Below, piece after piece: positions 26,941 through 39,215 of a stretch of DNA of 64,000 bases (position 1 is its first letter; each line of letters starts with the position of its first letter). A model generated the notes under the pieces. The model saw only the letters and a list, made by a program, of their open reading frames with translations. It searched no databases and was not told where the DNA came from. The translations under genes and the position numbers were made by a program. This stretch comes from Octopus sinensis (lineage: Eukaryota), in NCBI RefSeq assembly GCF_006345805.1, contig NW_021832224.1, forward strand, positions 310,001 to 374,000, in the 5' to 3' direction.

Positions 26941-27359
26941 AACTGAAATTATAACACTTTCGACTGGCGAACATAATCTGTCCAATATTGAAGAATACTT
27001 GAAGCATAAATATCTACTTGAATAATCAGTTTTATTTAACAAAAAACTGGTGATTGGTGCCCAGAACAAATTCCTACTGGACCAGATTTTTTCAAAATGT
27101 CTTCATTCCATCCTATACAAAAGTGCTACGGAGGATTTGGTGATTGCCAAAAGCAATAACTCCCGACGGTCTGAAGTTGCAAAACATAACGTGTTTCCAC
27201 TTTATAAGATAAAAAATGCCAGATGAGGCATTTCCCGTGATCTCCGCGCTTTCCATATCTGAGATTCAACCCGACTGGTTCCAGCAATTAGGTAATCCCG
27301 TGGAACCATCTTTTCTTTGTCAAGATAATGGATCGCCACGAGGAAGTTTGTTCTTGCGA

Positions 27360-28450
27360 CACAAATGCTTTCCAGATTCAAAAAGAGAAACAATTTAAAA
27401 TTAAGATTATTCCATGGAGAATCTGACTCAATAACTGAAAATTTAAATGAGCGAATTGAAAAATTTCAAATAATTTTATCTACGAAATTACAACAATATG
27501 ATCGTGAAAATATTTACAATGGTGACAAAACTGATGTTTTTTTATAAAAATGTTCCTTCAAAATGCATTTGCTTGAGAAATATGAGGAGACAATAAAGGA
27601 ATTGAATATTTTAGTTCCAATGGAACAATCAGATTTTCTTAATTATACGTACACTGAAATAGACGATGTGGAAGAATCCCTCGAAAACGATGATGACGTA
27701 AATGATAAACAAACACGCGGTATTTTTGAAGAAAAAAAACTTGCGTATGAAATAAATCATGCAGATGCGTTTAAAATGTTGCATAATATGAAAAAGTATT
27801 ATACTCAAGACGAGTCCTTCGCTATCAAGACAGAATCTCCAATTTCTAATGGTTTATTGTTTGAATTTCTTTATAATTATCTTTATCTACCATGTTTGCG
27901 TCACATGGTCAGAGCCAATGTTTGCTTTCAATCTCGGTATCCAGCATAAACGACTAATTGACGCCGAGCATAGAAGGAGACCCAAACGATCAGCCCTGCC
28001 CCTGTCTACGTAATGATTCAGTTCTTGCAAAGTGAAAGCCAAAAAACCCAGGTTACTTGCTAAGTCTTTAAGGGCAGCTCTCAATAGTTGTTCTCAGGAA
28101 GAACAGTTTCTCAATTTTCTCTGCGCGTAGTCCCTGATTGCCTTTTGTTTCGTTTATCATATTTAAAAAAATAAAATTATTAAATAGATGAAGCAATAAA
28201 ATGAATCACAATATTGGATGCTATTTCATGTTTAAAATTGCCATGGAATGAGATTAAAAACACTTCATTCAATACAACATTGCTTTGAAAAAGCTATAAA
28301 ATATGACTGTCGGGAAAAAGAGGACATCTGAGAATGTCTGATTGTTTCAGATATTTTGGAAAATGCAATTTTGGAGAGTTTCTGGGATGATAACAGTAAT
28401 GAAGAAGAGGACTGCAGCAAACAATTTTTGGACAATTTCTGAAAATTATA
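27360..28450 (+). mobile_element. pogo/Tigger transposase remnants, interrupted
   Basis: RFKKRNNLKLRLFHGES..IYNGDKT (HTH/DDE_1 start); ITILDAISCLKLPWNEIKNT near 28200; APE-like fragment (GSDH) on the minus strand at ~27880-28140. Confidence 0.65.
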
Positions 28451-28490
28451 AACAATGCGGAATACGTATTCACAATGCTGCAAAATGTTA

Positions 28491-28624
28491 CAGTAAGACC
28501 CCGGTTAGGGGCAGACCCCAGGGGTGATCCACCTTCGGTTTTTGGGGCAGTTTTTAAAAACAGTCAAGGAAAACCCTCTTTTTGGAGAAAACTTCAAAAT
28601 TGGGGACAATTCGGAGTCGCACTG
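28491..28624. mobile_element. 134-bp pogo-type MITE
   Basis: TA|CAGTAAGACCCCGG...CGGAGTCGCACTG|TA; second copy at 39498-39631. Confidence 0.6.
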
Positions 28625-28829
28625 TATGACCTTCCAGGAAATCCTAACAGAGATATATGGAAGGTACAAGGTCAGATCGAGGGAGGTGTTTGAGTCATCA
28701 GGGTGACTATCACTTCGTGTATAGTAGCGAGGATTGTTCATTATGACTAGGTCCTTTATATTAAAATTACTTAATCGACTCTTTGATCCTTAGATAGGTT
28801 AGAGATCCATAGTGGGTTCTTTATAAAAT

Positions 28830-29626
28830 GTGACCGGTTCATAATGAGATACGGTTGAATACGAGCCGTTAAAAAGATCGATAATTAATATACCGATTCA
28901 AAAGGCCAATTACAATAAATGCAAACGTTCCGAACTAATGATTGAACTTTAAATTTTTGAAAAAATGATGTTTTATATTTGAACCATGTTTGCTTTAAAA
29001 TAGTAAAATTATTTACAACATTAGCAAATTATAATGTGAATTATTTTTATTTTTGATATTATAAATTGCAACATTAGCAAATTACAAGTTTGTAACAACT
29101 TTAACTCTAATCTTAACTTTAACTCTAACTATAAATGATTTCAACGTTATTTATAAACATATTCATCATAAAAAAGACACTAAAGAAAACAGACCCTAAC
29201 CCTAATCCCTGACCCTGACGCTAACCCTGACGCTAACCCTGACGCTAACCCTGACGCTAACCCTGACGCTAACCCTGACGCTAACCCTGACGCTAACCCT
29301 GACCCTAACCCTAACCCTGACCCTAACCCTGACCCTAACCCTGACCCTAACCCTGACCCTGACCCTAACCCTGACCCTGACCCTAACCCTGACCCTAACC
29401 CTAACCCTAACCCTGACCCTGACCCTACCCTGACCCTGACCCTAACCCTGACCCTGACCCTAACCCTGACCCTGACCCTAACCCTAACCCTGACCCTAAC
29501 CCTAACCCTGACCCTAACCCTAATATGATTTAACGGCATTCACGCCATTTAACGGCTCGTATAACGCCACTTTGACGGCTCGTTTAACGGCTCGTATTCA
29601 ACCTGGGCTCGTATTCAACCGGTCAC
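28830..29626. mobile_element. non-autonomous TIR element containing a variant telomere array
   Basis: Ends GTGACCGGTT...AACCGGTCAC with subterminal GTTGAATACGAGCCGTTAAA in inverted orientation; ATAAAAT duplicated (28823-28829, 29627-29633) and single at the empty paralogous site 39830-39836. Confidence 0.88.
29191..29521. repeat. interstitial telomere-variant array (CCCTAA/CCCTGA/CGCTAA)
   Basis: Direct reading; includes a (CCCTGACGCTAA)n 12-mer block followed by mixed CCCTGA/CCCTAA. Confidence 0.95.
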
Positions 29627-29709
29627 ATAAAATAAATTCCTGGAATCTAATTCAGTGATACTGATTAGAAATTATAATTAGATAAAGAACTTTAAATAAT
29701 AATACCGGT

Positions 29710-30994
29710 ATGAATAATCAAATGCTGCATATGTTACTTATAAGAATGCTGTTAGTATCCAAAATTAGTCTAAAAGGTAAGAATACACAATAGTCAAATA
29801 TAACTAAAGATTTCAAACGACAAATAGAATTGACGGTTGTTATCAACACAAATAAAGTAATAAAACTTCAATATATACCCTAAAAATCCAGATATCTTAC
29901 CAAAATGATAATCAAGCCCAGTCACGTTTGAACTTGGTACTTGTATCAGCACAAAGTGTATAGTTAAATTCCTACAAAAATAGTATCTTGAGAAAATAAA
30001 CATTACTCTCAAAGTTACGCAGATTCAACAAATCCCTACATCCCAGTTAGAATTTCGAAAGTCTATTGAACTCGCACAAAATTACAAATTTCATTATTAC
30101 TCTGATGCAGTTCTATTTATGACGTTTCTAAAACAACTCTCAAATTTAGAATAGAACAAGACAAACCACTCGGAATAGGCAGCGTTGGTGAAATATGTAG
30201 TCCAAATTCGGTTGCAATTAGCTACAGGTCATTTCATGTTAGTATTTTCTATTCATATGTATAGACTGATCAATTAGCAATCAAAGTGGGAACAACAGTC
30301 GCACATGAGTTGCTTCATGTTCTAGGATTCAATCATATTGGAGATTTTGACAGCAACTGCAATCGAGACTGTCTAATGAATCCTACACTATATTCCGGAA
30401 CAACCAAAATGTTTAATAGAATTGGTAATTTTTTCAGAAAATTATCAAATTATGTAAAAAATTTAGTTCCTAGCCTTGATATGAATTGGGATTGTTTATA
30501 CACCAACAACATTAGTATATTGTATTTTTAAATAACTCAGAAAAACAAAACTGTTATAAAGATATTTGCTACAGTCTCATAGAGAAGAAAATGAATACAT
30601 CAATGGCGGAAAAAGAGTGTAAAAGAAATGGCGGAGAATTAGCTGCAATTAAAGTTATGGGGACCGTAGATTTTTTGGCTGGTAAATTCATGAATACAAC
30701 TGAAAGATTACATACAATCTAGTGAAAATTATATTGTACGAGAGTACTATAAGTACCAAGATTCTACAAAAACTTATTATTTGAGATCCAAAAATATTTT
30801 CATTAGAGATTCTAGGACATTTGAAGCATATTCAATATGCCAATCTGGTATATATATGATATAAATATATTCAAGTTCAACCAAGCAGAAGATCGAGAGA
30901 AGGAAATAACGATAACTTCAAAAATGACAAAAGTGAGCATAAAAGGATTGTTAATGTGTACATCATCTTGACATTCTTTTTTTGGATTGTTTAA
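29710..30994 (+). CDS. reprolysin-type (M12B-like) zinc metalloprotease with C-type-lectin-like domain and hydrophobic C-terminus, ~343 aa, 9 introns
   Basis: Hydrophobic N-terminus; DAVLFMT, GIGSVGEICS, TTVAHELLHVLGFNH (HExxHxxGxxH), CLMNP Met-turn; CYKDICYSLIEKKMNTSMAEKECKRNGGELAAI; ends VNVYIILTFFFWIV*; introns 25-35 nt give an intact frame. Confidence 0.85.
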
Positions 30995-32459
30995 ATAATA
31001 AATGATTTTAAAAATAGCAATAATTCTCAGTTTTATGAATTTATTTAATCATTTATTTGTAATTCAATAAAAATACTATGGTAGATATGAGTTAATTTTT
31101 TCGCCAGTTCGAGTTAATTCAAGTCATGTGATTGTTGTCACCGTCTTCTCGGCATTACCTTTTTAGCACATCTGGCATCTTTGTGTTTTCCTGTCGCTGG
31201 ATATATAGTAAATATCATCTGCATACAGTTGATGATTTGGATATGTTCAGACAAATTTTAAATAGCTGTTGATCTTGGAGAAAGTTATTTAAGAGAATCT
31301 GGAAACAAAGAATAACCTGAAGTAAACTACAGAACGAGTAGAAACTCAATTAAATAAATCACTTTTTGGTTCCTTCAAAGTGCTAATAATAGACATGGAT
31401 CTTTAGTTTTTTGTTGTGTATTATATATTAATGGGAAACTGGAGAAAAAAACAAAAAATTAATAATCCTACGATGACTCCGAAATCCGTAAACCTTTTTA
31501 TCTTAATCTAATAGAAATAAATAAAGTAAAAAACTGTCAGAAATTAATAAAAAATTCAGAAACAGATATTCTTGATCAAGAAATATCACACAACAATCTT
31601 CAAATAACTGAGAACTTTGAAATGGACAGAAATGTCCTCAATTTTAACAATACAAGAGCCAAATAGGATTGCCAACTGTGCGCAATTCCCAAAAAGAGAA
31701 ATTTCCTTTTTGGGAGACATATTTTTTGGGTTTCCCCAGACAGAAATGATTCCTCCTTCAGACCACTCATCACTAGTGACTTCACATTCAATATCGACTA
31801 AGTAGTCTGAATTTTTTAATTGAACGCCCTTGTTATATGAGGCTATCCACTGCGAGGAATCCTTCCAAACCTTTGTCTGGCAGAGTGAACCACTTCTGTG
31901 GCCCACTGAATCTTGGAATCCAACAAACGTAAAAAGATTGATCATTCTCCAATCCCTCTACTAAACTTGTAGGTATCTTGTGATAGACGTGTTAGACTCC
32001 CAATTTTAGACTACTCACAGAATGAAGGTCTGTGGGTGTAGTGCCTTAAAAAGTTGGTGAACGGCCTGTATATATTTTAAGGTAATCGGTACAGCTTTCG
32101 AAAAGTAGTCTGTACAGTTGCTGTTAAAAGAGTTGGGAATTAACAGTTTTATTATATTAATCGAACGAGTCATTTGATTATTTTTGCTGCCGTAGTGAAA
32201 CAAATATGTTCTCGTAAATGAGACGGTTTTGAAATGTATTGTACATGCAAGCTTTTAAATTTTGTATATTTCATTGAACAGTCGACAGCGTAAGCATTTA
32301 CTGACCTTCCAGCAAAGAGAAACTGACATCAAGATACTGTTCCACGAAAAGCCGTCATTTATTGCCTCGAAGTAATTAATTAATGAGAGAATAGATTGTG
32401 TTATCAATATGCTACGATCAAATTGGAGGCTCCTTTTATGATTTAAATTCATCATCCTT

Positions 32460-33300
32460 GAATTGGATTGCCGTCATGCCCGAGGAAGCAGATTTCATCA
32501 ATACAATCCAAAGTATAAAAGAAGGGGATTATTAAAGTACTACAACAAACAGGCCCAACTCAAATTGTCCTCTGTTCGAGAACTCCTCAAAAATTGGCAG
32601 ACGAGATCAGCAGATTTGGTTTGTTTACAAATTGATTGATGCTCAAAGTGAAATTGAGTCGCATCACCACAGTCAGTCCACACGAATTTGGTAAGTCCCC
32701 TCATAACCCCGCAGACTACAACACAGCAATATCCCGACTGTGCAACATCATATTGGAGGATGGGTTGGTTGGGAATGAACGGAAACTGTCTTCAACCTGG
32801 ACTGCACTAATATGGTGACACATTCCACTCACCACAGATCAGGGCACTCCTTGGCTTCCTTCAGTCTAATTTAAAAAACAGTCTGACCAACATTGATGGA
32901 CACCCTCCCAAATATACTCTCAAAATGTTTTCTCTGTATGTCTCTCTTCCCTACGAATAGAGCAAACTCCACTTTCCTTGACCAGAAGGCCTAGGAGTAA
33001 TCCCTTCTTCGAGATGTAGACTTTTGGGCATTTTTTCAAAGAAAACTCATTTATCCGCCTTCAAGGCCGGGAATGCCTTCAAGGAATCTTTCGGCTTATT
33101 TGGCTATTTTATATAGTCTACCACAGGACTCCTCAATCGGTGCCAGTCATCGGTGGGCACTAAAAGACTCCGATTTCTGATGAGACAGCCTTCCAGTGAC
33201 TGCCAACTTCTCTCTCAACGATATGATATTGTCTTTGCCTCCCATCACAGTCAACCAGTCTTCTCCCAAATAAGAGCACAATTGAGATGTATTTCATCAC
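32460..33300 (+). mobile_element. possible Penelope-like RT remnant
   Basis: Heavily degraded; RKLSSTWT..HSTH resembles the YRKPTWT motif, followed by GHPPKY and SLPY. Confidence 0.3.
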
Positions 33301-33329
33301 CAATTGTATTATCATTTCATTTATTCCAG

Positions 33330-34090
33330 AATTTTTTTAAAGGTTTTTATTTCTTAAAAGAAAACAGAGAGAAAAGAGAGTTAGCAAAAGGACTTCCCCG
33401 CCTCGTAGATGGAGAAACAGTTTCCACGTACAATGGCAAGGGAAATCCTCTGAAGGAGCCATCCACACTCACGCGTGTCGTTTCTCTTGCGAGAAATCAG
33501 ACGACCCAGCTTTTTGAGGAAAATGAGTGACCTGTCACCGATTACGCCAGAGGTCTTCACGGCGATCGGGGTAAATAGTATGGTAAATAGATAGCGTTCC
33601 GAGAGATGGGTGTACTTTGAAATCTTTAATTCTTCTGCTCTGCGAGAAGCAGAGCCAGCTGCGACAGCTGAAGGAGGAAGATTTGTTCGGAAAAAGTATC
33701 TGAGCAAGTTGCATCCCATATCAGCGATTTTCCAAACTCGAATGGGAAGGTGGATAGACCGTCAGGCCTCTTTCCGTCTCCCCTAGCAAGCCCAACTGGT
33801 TCGAGAATTGATGGGATTCCAGCAGCTTTGAGCCCCCTCAGGACAACGTCATTTAGGGCAGCGTGGCGTGGGGCACGCCCAGCACTGCGTCTGCAGGAAA
33901 GAGGGTGTAGTCCGTACTGGTCGATCATGGCCCCACAGCGGCACTTGTGAATTTCACAGATCTTCAAGCCGAGGCGGAGGGAGATAGCTACTCTGAGGCA
34001 GTCGCCGTCGAGTAGTGTCCCGATGCTCGGAAGAGGGGGGGGCCTTCAGCCAAGCACCGCTGCCTTGACAGCGACCTGCGCGTAGGCAGA
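33330..34090 (-). mobile_element. CRE-like REL 3' fragment
   Basis: [51 protein letters not shown]. Confidence 0.88.
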
Positions 34091-35084
34091 ATGAATGATT
34101 AGCCTTTTAAGGATCCCCACTGAATCTTGTCAAAGCCTTGTGACTTAACCAATTACAGCTTACAAGGTAAGCACGCCTAATTGGAAAAAAGGGTTGTGAG
34201 ATAAGGCAAATTCTTTGGCAGTGGGCAGTCATTGGGCTACTTCATCTACGTTCTCACTTGCTTTTTTCAATTGATTTGTAGTAAGCCATTGGTCTCGAAA
34301 TCAAATTCCCATAAATCGGATATCAGAGAAATCAGTTAGGGCACTAAGTTAAAATTAACACTCGTTAATTCAGAAATTGGATTTCTAAATAGCATGAGCT
34401 ACCTCTAGAGGTTCACAATGAGGAAAGTATCTAAATCATTTGCACTAATCATTTGGTCATCATTAAATAAGTAAGAGCAGATACTGCACAACAGAGAAAA
34501 ATTGCCAAATCTTGGATAACGACTTTGCTTCATACCTATCGCTTTGGGGTAATCGGCTTCTTCTTTCTTCTTTCATTAAAAAGTCGGAGGAAAAGTCGCA
34601 CTGTGACGTGGGGAGCCTCGGAATCGGATTAGATGGAGTTTACGGCAATGCAAACTCCGTCATACATGCAACATCTTGTGCCTTTTGACTGTGTTCTTAC
34701 TTTTTGTTTTAAAATTAAATAAAATGTCACCGGTTTTTGCTGGGACCCGGCATCTCCTTGGACCGCCCTAAAAATCGACTAAATCTCTTTATTTATATCT
34801 AAAATATTAAATAGTTAAAATTTAACCTTAAAATGATGGATGTGATAGATCCATTTACTGAAATTTCTTTCTTGTACAAAACCAACATACTCAAACATTC
34901 GTTATTAACATCGTTGAAATTAAATATTTAAAATAATATTTGGGTTACCAGTCGAAAAAAGTTAAAAACTATTTATATTTTTTTTTAATAAAAAATTAAA
35001 TTGAAAAAACACAAAAAGTATTATTCCGGATAAAAATACATTTTTGTTTGTCCCGTGATAAAATCTCAACTTTATCCCAAAAGC

Positions 35085-35425
35085 TAACCTAACTTCAACC
35101 TAATCCCTATCCCTAACCACTAACCCTGTCCCTAACCCTAACCTTATCCCTATTCTGGACCACTAACCCTAACCCTATCCCTATGCCTAACCCCTAACCC
35201 TAACTATATCCATATCCCTAACCTTATCCCAATCCCCAACCCAAACCTTATCCCTAACCCTAACTTTATCCCTATCCCTAACCCTAACTATATCCCTAAC
35301 CCTAACTTTATCCCTATCCCTAACTTTATCCCTATCCCTAACCCTAACTTTATCCCTATCCCTAACCCTAACTTTATCCCTAACCCTAATCTTATCCCTA
35401 ACCCCAACACAAGCCCCAACCATAA
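35085..35425. repeat. interstitial telomere-like array (CCCTAA/CCCTAT/CTTTAT)
   Basis: Direct reading; higher-order unit CCCTAACCCTAACTTTATCCCTAT. Confidence 0.9.
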
Positions 35426-35499
35426 TCTATCTCCAACTTTAATCATAAAATAATGATCCTTAGATTAGTACTATTAAAGAATCTTAGTAAGAATTATTT

Positions 35500-35900
35500 T
35501 TTATAAACAAAAACATTAATCAATTCTATAAAGTCTCGCAATATTTGTTCCTTTTACGACAAATCCTTCTTCAACTTGAATATCAAAATTCATATTTTCT
35601 CTGGCAATAACTTTATATTTTTTCGTATCAATTTGATCATATAATGGATAATTTCTATTCTGTGATTAGCACGAATATCTTGCCGTAATAGAACATTATC
35701 CCCCACCTAAATCCGCATTATAACACGTGATATACAACCTTAATGTCGTTTTTGTCGAATTTTCATTTCCGCTTGTTTTTCATTTTTTCTCCTGCTTTCG
35801 TTAGATTCTCGTATGTTGATAACAAATTTTTTTGCAATATTTTCATCATCAGTTACTTAATTTTCAACAAATTGAATTTCAGCATCAGCATCTTCTCCAT
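35500..35900 (-). mobile_element. possible Ginger/Gypsy-type integrase C-terminal remnant
   Basis: Degenerate GDNVLLRQD...YKVIAREN...TNIARLYRI; 35985-36070 is repeated at ~46345-46440. Confidence 0.35.
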
Positions 35901-36074
35901 TAAACGCGCAGAGAGCTTCCATTTCTTCATCACTTGGTGCATAAATGCCTCTTACTCCCATAAAGATATTGAAAGAAATATGCTTGACCCTGCTTCGATT
36001 CTAGAGTTTTTATATACTGGGGTTACTTATTTGCTTCTCAAAATAAATGATAAATTCGTTCCGACAGATTATTG

Positions 36075-39000
36075 CAGTGGTTCTCAACCTTTTTTCTCCG
36101 CGGACCCCTTGTGAGTAAATGAAAAATTTCGCGGACCCCCTACATATTTATTAAGTTTTTTGTCAAAAAAATTTTACTTATCTAAAAACAAAATTTATTA
36201 TTAAATCAATAGAGAAAATTAGTGAGAAGGTTGATATTGTTTTTTCGAGGCAATTTTTTCAATGAGAGGCTCGGTTGTCGACAAGCATACCCTGATGGCA
36301 TCTTCAATATTCAGTCTTGCGGGATGATTATTTTTTATATTGAGAAGTGCTGAGAAGCCATGTTCGCATAAATATGTTGTCGGGAATATAAGCAACAAAT
36401 TTAATGCATTTGCGCTTACGGAAGGATAATGCTTACACATTTCGCACCAAAATCTTGATAAAGCAAGTTTTTCATACAAATCTTTGCGTTTGAATTATTG
36501 ATCATGTCAATAAAAGCCTCTTCGATATTTTCATCGACCAAACGTGGATCAACACTGAATGGTGTACGAATGAATTTCAAATCAATTTCGTTCAATTCTG
36601 GAAAGTATTTATTTACTTCTTGTTGAAGATATGTTAAATGTGCATAAATAAGTTCGGTTATTTTTTCAAGATAACCCAACACTGTCAAAAAACATAGAAA
36701 TTGCTTGAAAAATATCTTCTCCTTTAGTGGTCGATTCAAGCGAATAGGAAAATAAAAATTCCTCTTTAAAATCTCCGTCATAGACATAACGAGCAAATAT
36801 TATTAATTAAGCACAGTTCGCTAATCGGTGGATTCATCAACTGTATAGCGAATTTTGATGGAATGAAGTTTTTATTTGTTCTACCACCTGTTAAAATAAA
36901 TAATATAATATCAATAACCTGACACTTAATATTTTCTGACATTTCAGAAATTCGTAGATGAACAGTATCATTCGATAATGGTATTTCCGAAATCATATTT
37001 TCAGCATGAGTGCCAATAAGAGTACGTACTATGTCTTTACAACAAGGAAGAATCAGTTTTTCGGCAATATTATGAGGTTTCTTTTCTGTCGCTATACGTA
37101 ATGAGATCATGTAAGATGCTAATAGCATGGAATTATCAGAAGGCAAAGTTGTATATGAAACGAGTCAATACTTGATTTTTCATCATTTTACGCAAAGAAA
37201 TAAAATAATCCTTATTTTTGTGGATTAGAGGGGATGACATGTGCGCAAGTGTCTCACAAGAGTTGTTGGTTTCATGCTATTGTGTGACAGAATTTTCATG
37301 CAACACAACACATTTGGGCTTTCAAATCCATCTTTATCAATACAAATAAACCCATATTTTATATAATCAGGATTATATTTGCGTATCTTATAACATTCGA
37401 GGAATTCATATCAATAGCGTGCTTAAAAATTTATTAACTTTTACTAAAAAATAAATATATATACAGTAAACCTCTGGTGCTCGCCATTTTCGGGACGAAG
37501 AAGAAAAAATGGCGAGCAATAGAATTTGGCGAGCAATGGAAATAATCAATAATTTTTTGACTTTGAAATTTGAAAACATCTCGGTTTTCGATACTTTCCG
37601 ATCATAAGTGAGCTTTCCAACTATATTTGAGCAAAGAAACAATGAAAATCGAAAGAAATTAAAAGGAAAAAATTAACTAAAAAAATCTTAATAGTTTTTT
37701 TAATTCAGCCATATCTCTAATAACGGTGTCAATTAGTTCTAACGAATTTATATCAAATTTTCATTTTGATAAAGAAGACTTTATTTCTTTTCAACATTTT
37801 CAAAGCCTTTTCTGAATTCACATGAGATTCGTCATTATGAGTATTTTCATCGTCATATTTTTGTGGGAAAGAATCTCCAGCAATATTAAGGTAATCTTCA
37901 TTTCATCTATTTCGGTAAATTCATGATTAATAAAATCATCTTTATCCACCGGGTCCAATATTTTCAAGATATTGACCATTTGATCATAATTATCAATTTC
38001 AACAGTTGGTCTTTCGAGTTGATTTTCACATTCGATCCATTTTGAATTTCCGAAACCAATTTGTAATTGTTTTGGTCGCTACTTTTTTCCAGGCAAAATA
38101 TGTAAAAAGAAAACCGTCTTTTAAGGTTAATTTTTTATGAGCTTCCAGTGGATTTCTCCATTTTCAATTTTTTCTAACATAAACTCAAATTTAAGTTTAT
38201 TAAAATTTCCTTTGAAGGATCTAATGATTCCTTGATCCATTGGTTGTAGAATTGTTGTAGTCTTCGAAGGTAGGTAAAGAACTTCAATTGACTCTAAATC
38301 AGCGTAAAGTTGATGGGATGGGCATCGATCCACAACTAAAAGAATTTTTCGTTTTTTAGATGCCTATCCCATGTTAAAAGCCATTCGTTAAAAATTTTAC
38401 TTGTCATCCATGCTTTTGGTGAATGACAGTAATCGACAAAATTTTCGACTTTAAAATTTTTAAAGCAGCGAGGTTTCTGGAACTTTCCAATCATAAGTGG
38501 AATTTTTTGTCTGTCCCAGTCATATTTGAGCATAGCAACAAAGAAATCTGAAAAATAAATAAAAATTAAACCGTTCTTTAAGGATTTTATGTCCATATCG
38601 AACCTTCTGACAAACACTTTTTAAAGGGATCGATTTGTAAAAAATCCCAGTTTCATCAGCGTTTTATAAATGTTTTCAGCATTATATTGTTGAATCTTTG
38701 CAGAGATCAAAGAAGTAAATGCATCAATTTCTTGTTTCTGATCAACTTTTATATAAAAAATAGTTTAACCAAAAAAAATATTATTAAAAATTAATGGCGA
38801 GATTTAGAAAATGGCGAGCAATAGAATATTTATCAAAATTTACTAGAAATTTTTAATTTTTTGAAAAATATGTGGCGAGCAATAGAGGTGGCGAGTAACA
38901 GAGGTGGCGAGCACCAGAGGTTTTACTGTATACGATTTTTATAAATAATTGAGTTACATTCAGCTTTAAAGTAATTTAGCCTCCTCAGTATTATTGAATA

Positions 39001-39215
39001 TTAAAATATATTAATTTATTTAGCCCCCTCAGTATTATTGAATATTAAAATATATTAATTTATAATATATCTAAAAGAGATATTATTAATTATGATTTAA
39101 TTCTATTATATATTAATTTAAAATTCTTATCATTAAATAGAAACATTTAAATAAAGTTTCAGAAAAATCTCGCGGACCCCCTGGAATCTTTCGCGGACCC
39201 CTAAGGGGTTAAGAA
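36075..39215 (-). mobile_element. hAT (Buster/ZBED8-like) element, decayed, with nested Tigger
   Basis: TIR CAGTGGTTCTCAACC at 36075, subterminal CGCGGACCCC at both ends, partial right TIR GGTTAAGAA at 39207-39215; KKPHNIAEKLILPCC..IPLSNDTV, FPTTYLCEHGFSAL. Confidence 0.85.
37464..38928 (-). mobile_element. pogo/Tigger DNA transposon nested in the hAT element
   Basis: TA|CAGTAAACCTCTGGTGCTCGCCA...TGGCGAGCACCAGAGGTTTTACTG|TA; IGKFQKPRCF, KAWMT, YLPSKTTTILQPMDQGIIRSFK. Confidence 0.92.

Noticed and set aside
29180-29539. ORF encoding [16 protein letters not shown] repeats
   Set aside because: Translation artefact of the telomere-variant array; no evidence of coding function
35187-35423. ORF encoding (RVRDKV)n
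   Set aside because: Same artefact from the CCCTAA/CCCTAT array
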